Notes: generated by a model from the sequence alone, not told the origin. Counted from the first letter of the stretch, positions 17,907 through 29,260 are shown. The stretch: 64,000 nt of DNA from Candidatus Tenderia sp. (GCA_031416075.1 JANOSY010000002.1:9606-73605), one strand, 5' to 3'. Made by a program: numbers and translations.

Positions 17907-18584
17907 ATGCTAAATATCAAAGGTGTTACTACCAAGATATCTATTTTTTTATTTATATTATTTGCGCTCTCTCCCCGAATTGTTTTTTCGGAAGATCGGC
18001 CAAAGGTGATGTTTATGATTGCCGAGCAAAATATCGGCGATAAAGTATTTACCTACTGGTGGAGCCGGTACAGCAGCAGCGTCGCCGTTGTAACCCCATT
18101 GACAGGTATTGTTGCCAGCGAGACGGGGGTTGTCAGGCAGACCGACATTCAACACCAGCGTTTCGATCTTTCAGTCGGAGAAGCCATTCTTAAAGAGGAG
18201 TTTTTGAATACAGGGTTTGATGTAATCGACATTGCCAGTGTGTCAGACAAAATCAAGGTGTCGGAGGCGTATAAGGTCATGGACCTTGCAAAAGATGCCA
18301 CGCTCGAAATCGGCAAAGATGTCGGTGCGGATATCATTGTTACAGGAAAGATCATCGCTAAACGCGGCCCAATTAATACAGGTAGCAACGTCGGCACCTA
18401 TATGGCTGACATCACCGCCACTGCATTTCAGGTAAAAGATGGTCTCGTGCTGGCTTCAGGTCGTGCAAACGATGTTGCTCGGCATGTTTCCGAAATAACG
18501 GGAGGGAGTCAGGCCATCGAAAGGGCGTCACAAAAGCTGGCAAAAAAAATGGTTGAGCAGATGAATGCAAAGCTAAAGCAGTAA
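17907..18584 (+). CDS. Exported protein with CsgG/FlgT-like (TolB-N-type) alpha/beta fold
   Basis: Signal peptide; KVMFMIAEQ, GFDVID, GADIIVTGK, DGLVLASG pattern. Confidence 0.55.
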   Translation: MLNIKGVTTKISIFLFILFALSPRIVFSEDRPKVMFMIAEQNIGDKVFTYWWSRYSSSVAVVTPLTGIVASETGVVRQTDIQHQRFDLSVGEAILKEEFLNTGFDVIDIASVSDKIKVSEAYKVMDLAKDATLEIGKDVGADIIVTGKIIAKRGPINTGSNVGTYMADITATAFQVKDGLVLASGRANDVARHVSEITGGSQAIERASQKLAKKMVEQMNAKLKQ

Positions 18585-18628
18585 CTTCATCACGTTAAAA
18601 ATAAAACAAGACTCTTGGGGAGTACGTT

Positions 18629-19405
18629 GTGAATAGACAAAAATTTAAAATGGCGTTGTTATTGGCAGTGACTTGGATTATTGCAGGTTGTGCGACGGCG
18701 CCCCAGATTGTTATGCCTTCCAACCCTGCCAATCCCATCAAGCGCGTCGCGATTCTTCCAATGCTGGATAACTCGGATGATGTTGATGCGCCGACTCGCA
18801 TTAGAGATGAGTTCTTCAACCGCTTGGGACGATACAATTATGATATCCAGCCTCTCGCAGAAACCAATGAATTACTGAATTTCCAGATGGGCATTACCAT
18901 GGGCAAGCAGTATGACCAGGCAACCCCCCAGGAGATCGGTAAAACATTGGGGGTGGATGGCCTGTTCTACGGTTATCTGCTTGATTTTGATGAGGTCACT
19001 ACCGGATTCGTCAATAGCTATAAAGTCCGTATGGGATGGAAACTGGTGGACACCAAAACCGGTAAAGTCTCGTGGGGGAAAGGGGTCGCGGTTCGAAGAA
19101 CGCAATCTATAGGGAATCTTGCCGGAGCAGCGCATGCAGTTGGGTCTGCAACGGATCAAGTAGGGCTTACTGAGTCAGAAAAAGTCGAAGTCATGCCTGG
19201 TTCCAAGGATCCTATGAATGAAATGCCAGGATTAGACAAGTGGATTTCAATGGGAGACAAGTCGTCTAGCCTTGCTGGAGGCATAGTCGGAGGGCTTATG
19301 GATAAGGTGGGGGGCGGCATCATGGGCAACAGTTTAAAAAATGAAATCAAATTTGCTTACGACAATCTGTTTCCTACCATGTTGGTTGGCCCAGTAGTCA
19401 AATAA
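18629..19405 (+). CDS. GNA1162/DUF799-like lipoprotein
   Basis: Lipobox IIAGC; RVAILPMLDNSDDVDAP; LGVDGLFYG; LVDTKTGKVSW. Confidence 0.7.
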   Translation: MNRQKFKMALLLAVTWIIAGCATAPQIVMPSNPANPIKRVAILPMLDNSDDVDAPTRIRDEFFNRLGRYNYDIQPLAETNELLNFQMGITMGKQYDQATPQEIGKTLGVDGLFYGYLLDFDEVTTGFVNSYKVRMGWKLVDTKTGKVSWGKGVAVRRTQSIGNLAGAAHAVGSATDQVGLTESEKVEVMPGSKDPMNEMPGLDKWISMGDKSSSLAGGIVGGLMDKVGGGIMGNSLKNEIKFAYDNLFPTMLVGPVVK

Positions 19406-19470
19406 CCTCTGCAAGTGATGTGGTGTCGGTATCCACTAATTTTTAAATAGATCCAACAAGGGAGCAATAA

Positions 19471-20430
19471 ATGGAAATTAATAAATCAAAGGCCTTCGGT
19501 TATTTTTCAGTGCTTATCATCAGCACTCTGTTTTTTTCTGGGTGTTCGAGTATGAGTGGCGAGGTTAAAAAAGATGTGTCGCTCACGGATCAGACCGAGA
19601 AGCTGGAAAAGGCGGGGGCAAATTACACAGGCCCCCAATATACAATCGGCATCATTACCTTGTTAAATAAAACACCGTCTAAGGTCTTGGGGATAGATGA
19701 AGCTGCAACAGATATTCTCAGAACAACCATCAAACAGGCGGGTCTCGAACCTGTCATGCTCACCAAGGATGAACTTAAACAGCATGATTCGATGGTCGAG
19801 CTGCAGCAGTCCGGGGTTGTGAAAACAGGGAAAAAGGATGCGGCGGAAGGCATGAATTCGATTGATTTTCGGGTGTCCGGCGCCATCACTTCCTATGCTG
19901 AGTTGGCTGAAGGTAACAATTTATTAATTGCAAAAACCAAAACGCAGATTGCACGTGTCGGTGTGGATTATGCGTTGGTCGACATCGCCAGCGGAAAAAC
20001 GCTGGTTGCAAAATCGGGCCTTGGAGAGTATCGCAAAGAGAATACAAAGTTTCTTGGTTTGGGGAACTCTTCATCTGCAGATGTCAGTTTGCGTGAAGGT
20101 GCGTTAAGAGATGCTATGAACAAAGCTGTCGAAGCCATGATTCTTGAGTTGAATAAGCTGCCCTTTCAGAGCAATATTCTGCTGGTCGATGGGGGTTCGA
20201 TTGTTTTCAAAGCAGGCACACGGTCCAAACTCGAATCAGGCGCTCGGTTGGCGGTCTATCGTCCTGGCGAAGAGTTGATTGATCCGGAAACGGGGCGGTC
20301 CTTAGGGAAGCGGGAAAAACGCGTGGGTGAAATTAAACTCTCGAGCCATACAAATAGCACCGTTTCAGAAGGAAGTGTGGCCGAAGGCTCTGGTTTTGTA
20401 AAAGGGGACATTCTACGACTCGTTCAATAG
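19471..20430 (+). CDS. CsgG/HfaB-like lipoprotein with FlgT-C-like C-terminal domain
   Basis: Lipobox FFSGC; YTGPQYTIGI; GAITSY; VDYALVDIASG; ELIDPETGRSLG. Confidence 0.7.
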   Translation: MEINKSKAFGYFSVLIISTLFFSGCSSMSGEVKKDVSLTDQTEKLEKAGANYTGPQYTIGIITLLNKTPSKVLGIDEAATDILRTTIKQAGLEPVMLTKDELKQHDSMVELQQSGVVKTGKKDAAEGMNSIDFRVSGAITSYAELAEGNNLLIAKTKTQIARVGVDYALVDIASGKTLVAKSGLGEYRKENTKFLGLGNSSSADVSLREGALRDAMNKAVEAMILELNKLPFQSNILLVDGGSIVFKAGTRSKLESGARLAVYRPGEELIDPETGRSLGKREKRVGEIKLSSHTNSTVSEGSVAEGSGFVKGDILRLVQ

Positions 20431-20462
20431 ACTTTTTCGTATCATCTGAGATTAATTAAGAG

Positions 20463-20500
20463 ACAGGCTGTTTGTTCATAAAAAACGGCCTGTTTTTTTT
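20463..20500 (+). terminator. Rho-independent terminator
   Basis: ACAGGCTGTTT...AAACGGCCTGT followed by a T-run. Confidence 0.7.
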
Positions 20501-20696
20501 ATGAACTATAATGAGGGGGGAGATTTGGGTTTTCCTTGCCAATCTAGGGTTGGTTGAGAAGGTTTCGCAAACACCATGGCGGTCGGCCAAAGGTTAAGCA
20601 GGATATAGTAGGATGGCATTTTCACTTAATCATGTTGTTGTGTGAGGGTGGCACTGTTTCTGCAGGTGGGTGATTGTCGGGGGATAGTCAAACGTT

Positions 20697-21839
20697 ATGG
20701 ATAGTGAAAGTTACGATGCGTTAGTTGAATCCATTTATGATGCTGCGCTAAATCCTGAACGCTGGGATACGGTTGTTTCAGGATTGAAGGATGCGTTTGA
20801 TTCCATCGGGGCCGGTTTTTTTGTGCAAACCGCAGATCAGCGGGGAGATGGTCACTATATTCATGGGCTTGATAGTCACGAAATGGATGTGTATGGCGAA
20901 CACTTCGCCAGCGTTAACCCTTGGTTCACTATTCCTGGTTTGATGAAGCCGGGGCGGGTGCTTACTGATCTCTCTCTTGAAAAAATACACAATGACAAAG
21001 GCGCTTTCCTCAAGACCGAAATGTATCAGGATTGGTGCAAAAAGCAGGATATTCGCCATCTCATGGGGGGAAGTTTGCAAGATATACATGGGAGCCTTCT
21101 GAATTTTTCTTTCTTTCGATCACAGCAGTCGGGCTACTTCACCGATGCTGAGATTAAGTGTTACCAGAGATTGTGTCGCCATTTGATAAAGGCAGTGGAG
21201 ATCAATGCCAGGACAATGGGGCTTGTGCCGGGGGCTGGCAGTCAGGAGGGGGCATTGGATTGCCTGCGCCTTGGGGTGGTTACGCTGGATGGTTTCGGTC
21301 GCATTGTGTTTGTGAATAAATATGCAGATGCGTTACTTAAGAGCAATAAAGGTCTTTGCGAAAAGGAGTTGCGCCTAAAGACGGTGGACCACAGCTCCCA
21401 GAAACTTCTGGATCAGGCACTTGATCAGGCGCTCAACGCACGTAAAAGTGCAGCGCTGACACTGTCACGCTCTGCGGCATCAGAGTTGTCACTCTGTGTG
21501 ATACCTGTCTCTGATAAGCGTGACTTTCTGGGTATGCCAAGCCGCTCTGTAACGATCTTCATCTCTGATCCAGATGACCGCGAGGTCGCTAACGTCGATT
21601 GTCTTGCCAAGCGTTGGCAATTGTCGCCTCTGGAGGCGCAGTTTGCCTTGCAGCTGCTCAAGGGGCTTAACGTCAAGGAGATTGCCGTAGCGCTGGAACT
21701 TACTCGTAGCACTGCACAGTGGTACTGCAAGCAGATCATGCAGAAGCTGGGGGTCAGGCGTCAGTCTGAGCTTATCCTTAATCTCACTAAAGACCTTTCG
21801 TTCTTTCTCGACCCCAGCTCCGCTTACCGGGGCAGGTGA
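20697..21839 (+). CDS. LuxR-type HTH regulator with N-terminal GAF-like and PAS-like domains
   Basis: IYDAALNPERW start; C-terminal LSPLE...GLNVKEIAVALELTRSTAQWYCKQIMQKLGVRRQSEL. Confidence 0.85.
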   Translation: MDSESYDALVESIYDAALNPERWDTVVSGLKDAFDSIGAGFFVQTADQRGDGHYIHGLDSHEMDVYGEHFASVNPWFTIPGLMKPGRVLTDLSLEKIHNDKGAFLKTEMYQDWCKKQDIRHLMGGSLQDIHGSLLNFSFFRSQQSGYFTDAEIKCYQRLCRHLIKAVEINARTMGLVPGAGSQEGALDCLRLGVVTLDGFGRIVFVNKYADALLKSNKGLCEKELRLKTVDHSSQKLLDQALDQALNARKSAALTLSRSAASELSLCVIPVSDKRDFLGMPSRSVTIFISDPDDREVANVDCLAKRWQLSPLEAQFALQLLKGLNVKEIAVALELTRSTAQWYCKQIMQKLGVRRQSELILNLTKDLSFFLDPSSAYRGR

Positions 21840-21913
21840 CACATCGGTATGGGGGCTTCATAATAATATTCCACCAAAGGCACTTCAGCCGCACACCCAA
21901 GACTGGAATATAG

Positions 21914-22564
<651 letters not shown>

Positions 22565-22636
22565 GGGGATTTTGCAGTGGCTGGTGTACAATCACCGGTT
22601 CTTGAGAACTTTGTCCTATATCTGGAGTGAATAGTC

Positions 22637-22939
22637 ATGGCCCGTGTGACCGTTGAAGATTGTCTGAGTAAGGTGGATAACCGTTTTGAGCTGGTACTGG
22701 TTGCCAGCAAACGTGCCCGTCAGCTGGCCAATGGCAAAGAGCCGCTGGTGCCTTGGGAAAATGACAAACCTACCGTGGTAGCGTTACGCGAAATTGCCGA
22801 AGATAAAGTGACCAAAACCTCACTGGTTGAAGATGCCCGCCGCGAAGCGGAACGTGCCTCCCGTATCTCTGAGGAGGAGGCGCGTATTGAAACTACCCAG
22901 GCGCTTTCAGTTGCAGATGAGGATGGCGACGACTTCTGA
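22637..22939 (+). CDS. rpoZ: RNA polymerase omega subunit
   Basis: [37 protein letters not shown]. Confidence 0.97.
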   Translation: MARVTVEDCLSKVDNRFELVLVASKRARQLANGKEPLVPWENDKPTVVALREIAEDKVTKTSLVEDARREAERASRISEEEARIETTQALSVADEDGDDF

Positions 22940-22948
22940 TCTTAGAGG

Positions 22949-25183
22949 TTGCTCATGAGCACACCTCATACCGTATTACCCCCGCTGGTTATCTCCCCGG
23001 AGAGCTTTGAACATCTGTTTGATGGGGTGCGGGCGGAGATTGACAAATACTTGGAGCCCGATCACATCGCTATAGTGCATCGGGCTTTTGTCTTTGGTGC
23101 CGACGCCCATATTGAGCAGAAGCGCCGCTCAGGTGAGCCGTATATTACCCACCCCCTGGCCGTGGCCCAGATTATGGCCACGATGCGTTTTGACGCCACC
23201 ACGCTGGCCGCTGCCATTCTTCACGACGTGGTGGAGGATACCCCCGTTACCAAAGAGATGCTGGCCGCCGAGTTTGGCGATGAGGTGACAGAGCTGGTGG
23301 ATGGGGTGACCAAGCTGACCCAGATCAGCTTTGAGAGTCGCGCCCAGGCAGAGGCGGAAAACTTCCGCAAGATGTTGCTGGCAATGGTGCGGGATATCCG
23401 CATCATGCTGATCAAACTGGCTGACCGTCTGCACAATATGCGGACCCTGGGTTTTATGCGCCCTGACAAACGCCGCCGTATCGCCCGTGAAACCCTTGAT
23501 ATTTATGTGCCTATTGCCAGCCGCCTGGGTCTGAATGCGATGCGTCTGGAGCTGGAAGATCTCGGTTTTGCGGCACTCTACCCGGACCGCCACCGTGTTT
23601 TGTCCGAGGCGATTAAGAAGGCACGGGGAAACCGCAGCGAGATTGTCGCCAAGATGGAGTCTGCCATCACCGAGCGGTTGCAGCAGGAGGGGCTGAATGC
23701 ACGGGTCCAGGGGCGCGAAAAGCATATATATAGTATCTATCAGAAGATGCGGCAGAAGGGGTTGCCCTTTGCTGAGGTTCATGATGTCTACGCCTTTCGT
23801 ATTGTGGTGGACTCTGTGGATATGTGTTATCGGGTCTTTGGTGCGGTGCACAATCTCTATAAACCGGTGCCAGGTAAGTTCAAGGATTATATTGCCATCC
23901 CCAAGGCCAACGGCTATCAGTCGCTACACACGGTGCTGTTTGGCCCCTATGGCGTGCCGATTGAGGTGCAGATTCGTACCGAAGATATGGATCGGGTGGC
24001 CGATGCGGGGGTGGCTGCCCACTGGCTGTACAAAGGTGGCGAAGACTCAACGAATAATTTTGGTGCCCACTTCCGTGTGCGGGAGTGGATGCGCAGCGTG
24101 CTGGAGATGCAGCAGAGCGCTGGCAACTCGTTGGAATTTCTGGAAAACGTCAAGATCGACTTGTTCCCGCGTGAGGTCTATGTTTTTACTCCAAAAGGCA
24201 AGATCATGGTGCTCAAACGGGGTTCAACCCCCGTCGATTTTGCCTACGGTGTGCATACCGATGTGGGCAACCGCTGTGTGGCGGCCAAGATCAACCGCCG
24301 TCTGGCACCGCTGCGTACGGAGCTAATGAACGGCCAGACGGTGGAGATTGTGACGGCCAATACTGCATACCCCAACCCCGCCTGGCTCAACTTTGTGGTG
24401 ACGGGCAAGGCGCGGGCTAACATCCGCCACTACCTTAAGAACCTGCGTGAGGATGAGGCGATCAATCTGGGCAAGCGGTTACTGGATAATGAACTGGTCT
24501 CCGTCGCGCTCTCGGTGGATAACTTGCCCCTGGAGCAGGTTGAAGGGTTGTTGAAAGATTTGAAGCTGGAGTCCCTGGATAAGCTGTTCGAAGAGATTGG
24601 CCTGGGGAACCGCATGGCCCTGCTGGTAGCACGCCGCTTTATGCCGGATAAAAAACCGGGGTCTCGTGGTGTGGGTATCAAAGAGGCGCTGATCCGCTAT
24701 GTACCGCTCTGGCTCAAAGGGGAGAAAGAGTCCTCTTCCAAGCCGCTGCTGATACGGGGTACCGAGGGTATGGTGCTCAACTTTGCCAAGTGTTGCCGCC
24801 CCATCCCAGGTGATTCGATTCTCGGTTTTGTCACTGCCGGGCGTGGCATTGTGATCCATACGGAGTCGTGCAAAAACGTGGCGGAGTATCGCAAGCTGCC
24901 CGATAAGTGGATCGATGTGCAGTGGGAGGAGGGGGTGCGGGGTGACTTCCCGGTAGAGGTGCGGATCGATCTGCTTAACCAGCGCGGTGTTTTGGCCACC
25001 GTGGCGGCGACCATCTCCGAACTGGGTGCCAATATCGACAACGTCAATGTTGAAGAGCGCGACAGCCGCAACAGCAGCATGACCGTGGTGCTGGAGGTGC
25101 AGGGGCGTCAGCATCTGGCCAATATTATGCGTCGGATTCGTTCCATTGAACCGGTGCTGCGTATTGTCCGCACCCGAGGATAA
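22949..25183 (+). CDS. spoT: Bifunctional (p)ppGpp synthetase/hydrolase
   Basis: SGEPYITHP, LHDVVED, KLADRLHNMRT, YQSLHT, TGS and ACT domains. Confidence 0.97.
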   Translation: MLMSTPHTVLPPLVISPESFEHLFDGVRAEIDKYLEPDHIAIVHRAFVFGADAHIEQKRRSGEPYITHPLAVAQIMATMRFDATTLAAAILHDVVEDTPVTKEMLAAEFGDEVTELVDGVTKLTQISFESRAQAEAENFRKMLLAMVRDIRIMLIKLADRLHNMRTLGFMRPDKRRRIARETLDIYVPIASRLGLNAMRLELEDLGFAALYPDRHRVLSEAIKKARGNRSEIVAKMESAITERLQQEGLNARVQGREKHIYSIYQKMRQKGLPFAEVHDVYAFRIVVDSVDMCYRVFGAVHNLYKPVPGKFKDYIAIPKANGYQSLHTVLFGPYGVPIEVQIRTEDMDRVADAGVAAHWLYKGGEDSTNNFGAHFRVREWMRSVLEMQQSAGNSLEFLENVKIDLFPREVYVFTPKGKIMVLKRGSTPVDFAYGVHTDVGNRCVAAKINRRLAPLRTELMNGQTVEIVTANTAYPNPAWLNFVVTGKARANIRHYLKNLREDEAINLGKRLLDNELVSVALSVDNLPLEQVEGLLKDLKLESLDKLFEEIGLGNRMALLVARRFMPDKKPGSRGVGIKEALIRYVPLWLKGEKESSSKPLLIRGTEGMVLNFAKCCRPIPGDSILGFVTAGRGIVIHTESCKNVAEYRKLPDKWIDVQWEEGVRGDFPVEVRIDLLNQRGVLATVAATISELGANIDNVNVEERDSRNSSMTVVLEVQGRQHLANIMRRIRSIEPVLRIVRTRG

Positions 25184-25185
25184 GT

Positions 25186-25252
25186 GTAGGGTGGGCATGG
25201 CCCACCATTCTTTCAACATTCCGCGTGGGCACAGAAAACGTGCCCACCCTAC
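25186..25252. repeat. Inverted REP doublet (GTAG family)
   Basis: GTAGGGTGGGCATGGCCCACC ... GCGTGGGCACAGAAAACGTGCCCACCCTAC. Confidence 0.88.
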
Positions 25253-25278
25253 CCAATTGAAACAGAGAGAGATTTTTC

Positions 25279-25665
25279 ATGGCACGTGAAATTATCCATA
25301 CCGACAACGCCCCCAAGGCGATTGGTACCTACTCTCAGGCGGTGAAGGTGGGGAGTACCGTCTACCTCTCGGGCCAGATACCCCTGGTGCCGGAGACCAT
25401 GCAGATGATTGAAGGGGATATGGAGGCCAATATCCGCCGTGTCTTTGATAATCTCAAGGCGGTGGCTGAAGCGGCGGGCGGTTCGTTGCAGGATATCGCC
25501 AAACTCAACATTTTTTTGATTGATCTTGGCCACTTTGCGCTAGTCAATCAGGTGATGGCTGACTACTTTCAGCAACCCTACCCGGCCCGCGCCGCCATTG
25601 GTGTGGCGAGCCTGCCTCGTGCCGCAGCGGTAGAGATGGATGGGGTAATGGAGCTGGCGGGATGA
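25279..25665 (+). CDS. ridA: RidA-family enamine/imine deaminase
   Basis: [31 protein letters not shown]. Confidence 0.92.
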   Translation: MAREIIHTDNAPKAIGTYSQAVKVGSTVYLSGQIPLVPETMQMIEGDMEANIRRVFDNLKAVAEAAGGSLQDIAKLNIFLIDLGHFALVNQVMADYFQQPYPARAAIGVASLPRAAAVEMDGVMELAG

Positions 25666-25706
25666 ACGGCCGGTTTTGCCAGTAACTGCCCCGGCACCAT
25701 TCTCTA

Positions 25707-27803
25707 ATGAGCTTGGCGGCACCTCTCACCACCCTTAAAGGGGTGGGGCCACGGATGGCCGAGCGTCTCGAACGTCTCGGCCTGCGGGGCATTGAAGATC
25801 TGCTGTTCCATCTCCCCTACCGTTATCAGGATCGCACCCAAGTGGCAGTGATAGGTGCGCTGCGTCCCGGTAGCGAGCTGGTGGTGGAAGGGGAGGTTCA
25901 AGCCTGCGATATCAAATTTGGCAAACGGCGCTCGCTGCTGTGCCGGATCAATGACGGCACCGGCTCCCTGATGTTGCGCTTTTTTCACTTCAACGCCCGG
26001 CAGCAGGCGGGGCTGGTGCGGGGGGCGCGGCTGCGCTGTTTTGGCGAGGTGCGACGGGGCGCGGCGATGCTGGAGATGGTCCACCCCGAATATGAGCTGC
26101 TCGATCCGGAAGGGGATTCAGCACCGCTGGCGGGGGCGGCGACCGAGCCACATCTGACGCCGCTCTACCACGCCACCGATGGTCTGGCACAAAAGAGCCT
26201 GCGCCAGCTGACCGACCGTGCCCTGGAGCGGTTGGCCCAGGCGGAGCTGTTTGACTATCTGCCGCCCGAGCTGGTGGCAACCCTGGGGTTGCCCGGACTG
26301 GCCGAGGCGCTACGTTATGTACACCGGCCCCCGCCCGATGCCCCGGTGGCGGCGCTGCTGGCGGGAGAGCATCCGGCCCAGCAGCGGCTCGCCTTCGAAG
26401 AGCTGCTGGCCCACCACCTGAGCCTGCGGCAGTTGCGTCAACGTATTGAGATTAACAGTGCGCCAGTGATGGTGGTCCACGGGCGTCTGTTACAACAGCT
26501 CCGTGCCGGGCTGCCCTTTACCCTGACCGGGGCGCAGCAGCGGGTGATGGCAGAGCTGTTTGCCGATATGGCCAAACCCCATCCAATGCAGCGGCTGGTG
26601 CAGGGGGATGTGGGGTGTGGCAAAACCCTGGTGGCCGCCGCCGCGGCACTGCAAGCGGTGGAGGCGGGGTATCAGGTGGCGGTAATGGCCCCGACGGAGC
26701 TACTGGCGGAACAGCATCTGCGTAACTTTCGCCACTGGTGTGAGCCATTGGGGCTACAGGTGGCTTGGTTCAGCGGTAAGCAAGGGGTACGGGAGCGGCG
26801 CGACAATCTGGCACGGCTGGTGGCGGGCGATGCGGCGCTGGCGGTGGGGACTCACGCCCTGTTCCAGGATGAGGTGGTCTTTAACCGGTTGGGATTGGTG
26901 ATTGTTGATGAGCAGCACCGCTTTGGTGTGCATCAGCGGTTGGCACTGCGAGAAAAGGGGCGTGATGTCGATGGTCGGCTGCCCCATCAGCTGATTATGA
27001 CGGCGACACCGATCCCACGGACCTTGGCCATGACCGCGTATGCCGATCTTGATATATCAGTGATTGATGAGCTACCGCCGGGGCGCACGCCTGTTGAGAC
27101 AGTGGTGATCTCCGACAGTCGTCGTGCCGAGGTGGTACAGCGGGTGCGGAGTGCCTGCAGTGCCGAAGGGCGTCAGGCCTACTGGGTCTGCACACTCATT
27201 GAGGAGTCGGAGCTGTTGCAGTGTCAGGCGGCGGAGGCGGCGGTGGTCGAGTTGACTGAAGCACTGCCAGACCTGAACATCGGTCTGCTTCATGGGCGGA
27301 TGAAGTCCGCCGAAAAAGAGTCGATTATGGCCGCCTTTAAAGGGGGTGAGTTGCAGCTGCTGGTGGCGACCACGGTGATTGAGGTGGGGGTGGATGTGCC
27401 CAATGCCAGCTTGATGATTATTGAAAACGCCGAACGTTTAGGGTTGGCGCAGCTGCATCAGCTGCGGGGCCGGGTTGGGCGTGGTGACGTCAGTAGCAGC
27501 TGTGTTTTGATGTATCATAAGCCGCTTTCCGCTCAGGGGCGTGCCCGGCTGGCGGCGTTGCGCGAGACCAATGACGGTTTTGAAATTGCCCGCCGTGACC
27601 TGGAGTTGCGCGGCCCCGGTGAGGTATTGGGGACCCGGCAGAGTGGTTTGTTGATGTTGCGCATCGCCGATCTGGTGCGTGATCAGGCACTGCTGCCGCA
27701 GGTGGAGGCGGTGGCCGGGCAGCTGCTGCAGCGCTGGCCAGAGCGGGTGCCGCCGCTGATTGCACGTTGGCTGGGTGAGGCGCAGCGTTACGGTGATGTT
27801 TGA
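25707..27803 (+). CDS. recG: ATP-dependent DNA helicase RecG
   Basis: QGDVGCGKT, DEQHRFGV, MTATPIPRTL, QLRGRVGRG, DLELRGPGE. Confidence 0.97.
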   Translation: MSLAAPLTTLKGVGPRMAERLERLGLRGIEDLLFHLPYRYQDRTQVAVIGALRPGSELVVEGEVQACDIKFGKRRSLLCRINDGTGSLMLRFFHFNARQQAGLVRGARLRCFGEVRRGAAMLEMVHPEYELLDPEGDSAPLAGAATEPHLTPLYHATDGLAQKSLRQLTDRALERLAQAELFDYLPPELVATLGLPGLAEALRYVHRPPPDAPVAALLAGEHPAQQRLAFEELLAHHLSLRQLRQRIEINSAPVMVVHGRLLQQLRAGLPFTLTGAQQRVMAELFADMAKPHPMQRLVQGDVGCGKTLVAAAAALQAVEAGYQVAVMAPTELLAEQHLRNFRHWCEPLGLQVAWFSGKQGVRERRDNLARLVAGDAALAVGTHALFQDEVVFNRLGLVIVDEQHRFGVHQRLALREKGRDVDGRLPHQLIMTATPIPRTLAMTAYADLDISVIDELPPGRTPVETVVISDSRRAEVVQRVRSACSAEGRQAYWVCTLIEESELLQCQAAEAAVVELTEALPDLNIGLLHGRMKSAEKESIMAAFKGGELQLLVATTVIEVGVDVPNASLMIIENAERLGLAQLHQLRGRVGRGDVSSSCVLMYHKPLSAQGRARLAALRETNDGFEIARRDLELRGPGEVLGTRQSGLLMLRIADLVRDQALLPQVEAVAGQLLQRWPERVPPLIARWLGEAQRYGDV

Positions 27804-28386
27804 GGGTTCTATTCCAGAATATGGGCAGTATTGGATGAAGGGTGAACCGGCGTGGCGCAACGCCCGTCTGATCAGACGGGGTCAGGTACCCCCGCGGATT
27901 GCAGACTGGCTGCTCGACAACGGCTCCCTGACACGGCGGTTGCGGCAGGCCAGCGGCGGGGATTTTCGGGTTGAACTGCTCGGGCAGCATTGGGCCAGAC
28001 CGTTACGGTGTGAGCGGCAGGTATTGGGACTGGAGCCACGGGCGGTGGCGCTGATCCGTCAGGTGCGGCTCTGGTGCAACGGTGAGGCGGTGGTCTACGC
28101 CCGCACTATCTTGCCACGTCAGACACTGGTGGGGCGGCAGCGGCGGTTGGCGCGGTTGGGCGGCAGGCCGCTGGGTGAGCAGCTGTTTCGTGATCGCACC
28201 ATGTATCGTGGTGAGATGCAGGTGGCGCTGGTTGGCCCGGAACAGAGCGCGTACGGCGCAGTGGCCGGTAGCAGACCCCTCTGGGGACGGCGCTCGGTCT
28301 TTACTGTGGCTGGCCGGCCACTGCTGGTGAATGAGATTTTTTTGCCGTCATTAGTGACGGGCATGATTTATACGGTGATTGAATGA
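27796..28386 (+). CDS. ubiC: Chorismate pyruvate-lyase
   Basis: [39 protein letters not shown]. Confidence 0.93.
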   Translation: MFEGSIPEYGQYWMKGEPAWRNARLIRRGQVPPRIADWLLDNGSLTRRLRQASGGDFRVELLGQHWARPLRCERQVLGLEPRAVALIRQVRLWCNGEAVVYARTILPRQTLVGRQRRLARLGGRPLGEQLFRDRTMYRGEMQVALVGPEQSAYGAVAGSRPLWGRRSVFTVAGRPLLVNEIFLPSLVTGMIYTVIE

Positions 28387-29260
28387 GAGTGTTGGTTTGA
28401 TAATGCAACGGTTACGGCAATATATCCTGCTCACGCGATTTGACCGCCCAATTGGTATCTTTTTACTGCTCTGGCCAACCCTATGGGCGTTGTGGATAGC
28501 CTCAGAGGGGCAACCTGACCTCTGGGTGGCGACAGTGTTTGTGCTGGGGGTGGTGCTGATGCGTTCGGCAGGGTGTGTGATTAACGACTATGCCGACCGC
28601 GACATTGACCGCTACGTGGCCCGCACCAGCGACCGGCCACTGACGGCGGGGCGGGTGACAACCAGAGAGACGCTGCTGCTGTTTGCGGTGCTGTCACTGA
28701 CGGCGTTTGCACTGGTACTGACGATGAATCTGCTCACTATCCTGCTCTCCTTTGTGGGGGCGGCGCTGGCGGCCAGTTACCCCTACATGAAACGCCACAC
28801 CTATCTGCCACAGGTCTATCTGGGGCTGGCGTTTGGCTGGGCCGTGCCGATGGCCTTTGCCGCGCAGACCGGCGGTGTCCCAACAGTAGCGTGGCTGCTG
28901 CTGATCGCCACGGTGTTATGGGCCACCGCCTACGATACGATGTACGCCATGGTTGACCGCCCGGATGATATGAAGATTGGCGTCAAGTCGACGGCGATCC
29001 TGTTTGGTCCGGCGGACCGTGCCATGATTGCCATCATTCAGGCGTTGACGCTGGTGGTGCTGGTAACGGTAGGGGTTAAGCTGGAGCTGGGTGGATATTA
29101 TTATGCCGGGGTGGCGGTGGCGGTTTTTTTCATGTGTTACCAACAGTATCTGATCCAGAATCGTGACGGCATGCTCTGCTTCAGGGCGTTTCTGAACAAT
29201 CAGTGGGTTGGCGCGGCGGTGTTTGTGGGCATTGCACTGCACTACTACAAGGCCGGTTAG
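28379..29260 (+). CDS. ubiA: 4-hydroxybenzoate octaprenyltransferase
   Basis: [37 protein letters not shown]. Confidence 0.96.
   Translation: MNESVGLIMQRLRQYILLTRFDRPIGIFLLLWPTLWALWIASEGQPDLWVATVFVLGVVLMRSAGCVINDYADRDIDRYVARTSDRPLTAGRVTTRETLLLFAVLSLTAFALVLTMNLLTILLSFVGAALAASYPYMKRHTYLPQVYLGLAFGWAVPMAFAAQTGGVPTVAWLLLIATVLWATAYDTMYAMVDRPDDMKIGVKSTAILFGPADRAMIAIIQALTLVVLVTVGVKLELGGYYYAGVAVAVFFMCYQQYLIQNRDGMLCFRAFLNNQWVGAAVFVGIALHYYKAG

Larger units (their letters stand above)
11657..21913. mobile_element. Putative genomic island between yicC and gmk (no integrase visible)
   Basis: Interrupts the usually adjacent yicC-gmk pair; accessory genes; mixed base composition. Confidence 0.65.

Noticed and set aside
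21840-21913. attR duplicate of the yicC 3' end
   Set aside because: No convincing copy of GAACAGGTTCAGAACATAGAGTAA; the CACTTCAGCC 10-mer shared with the yicC upstream region is too short to be significant
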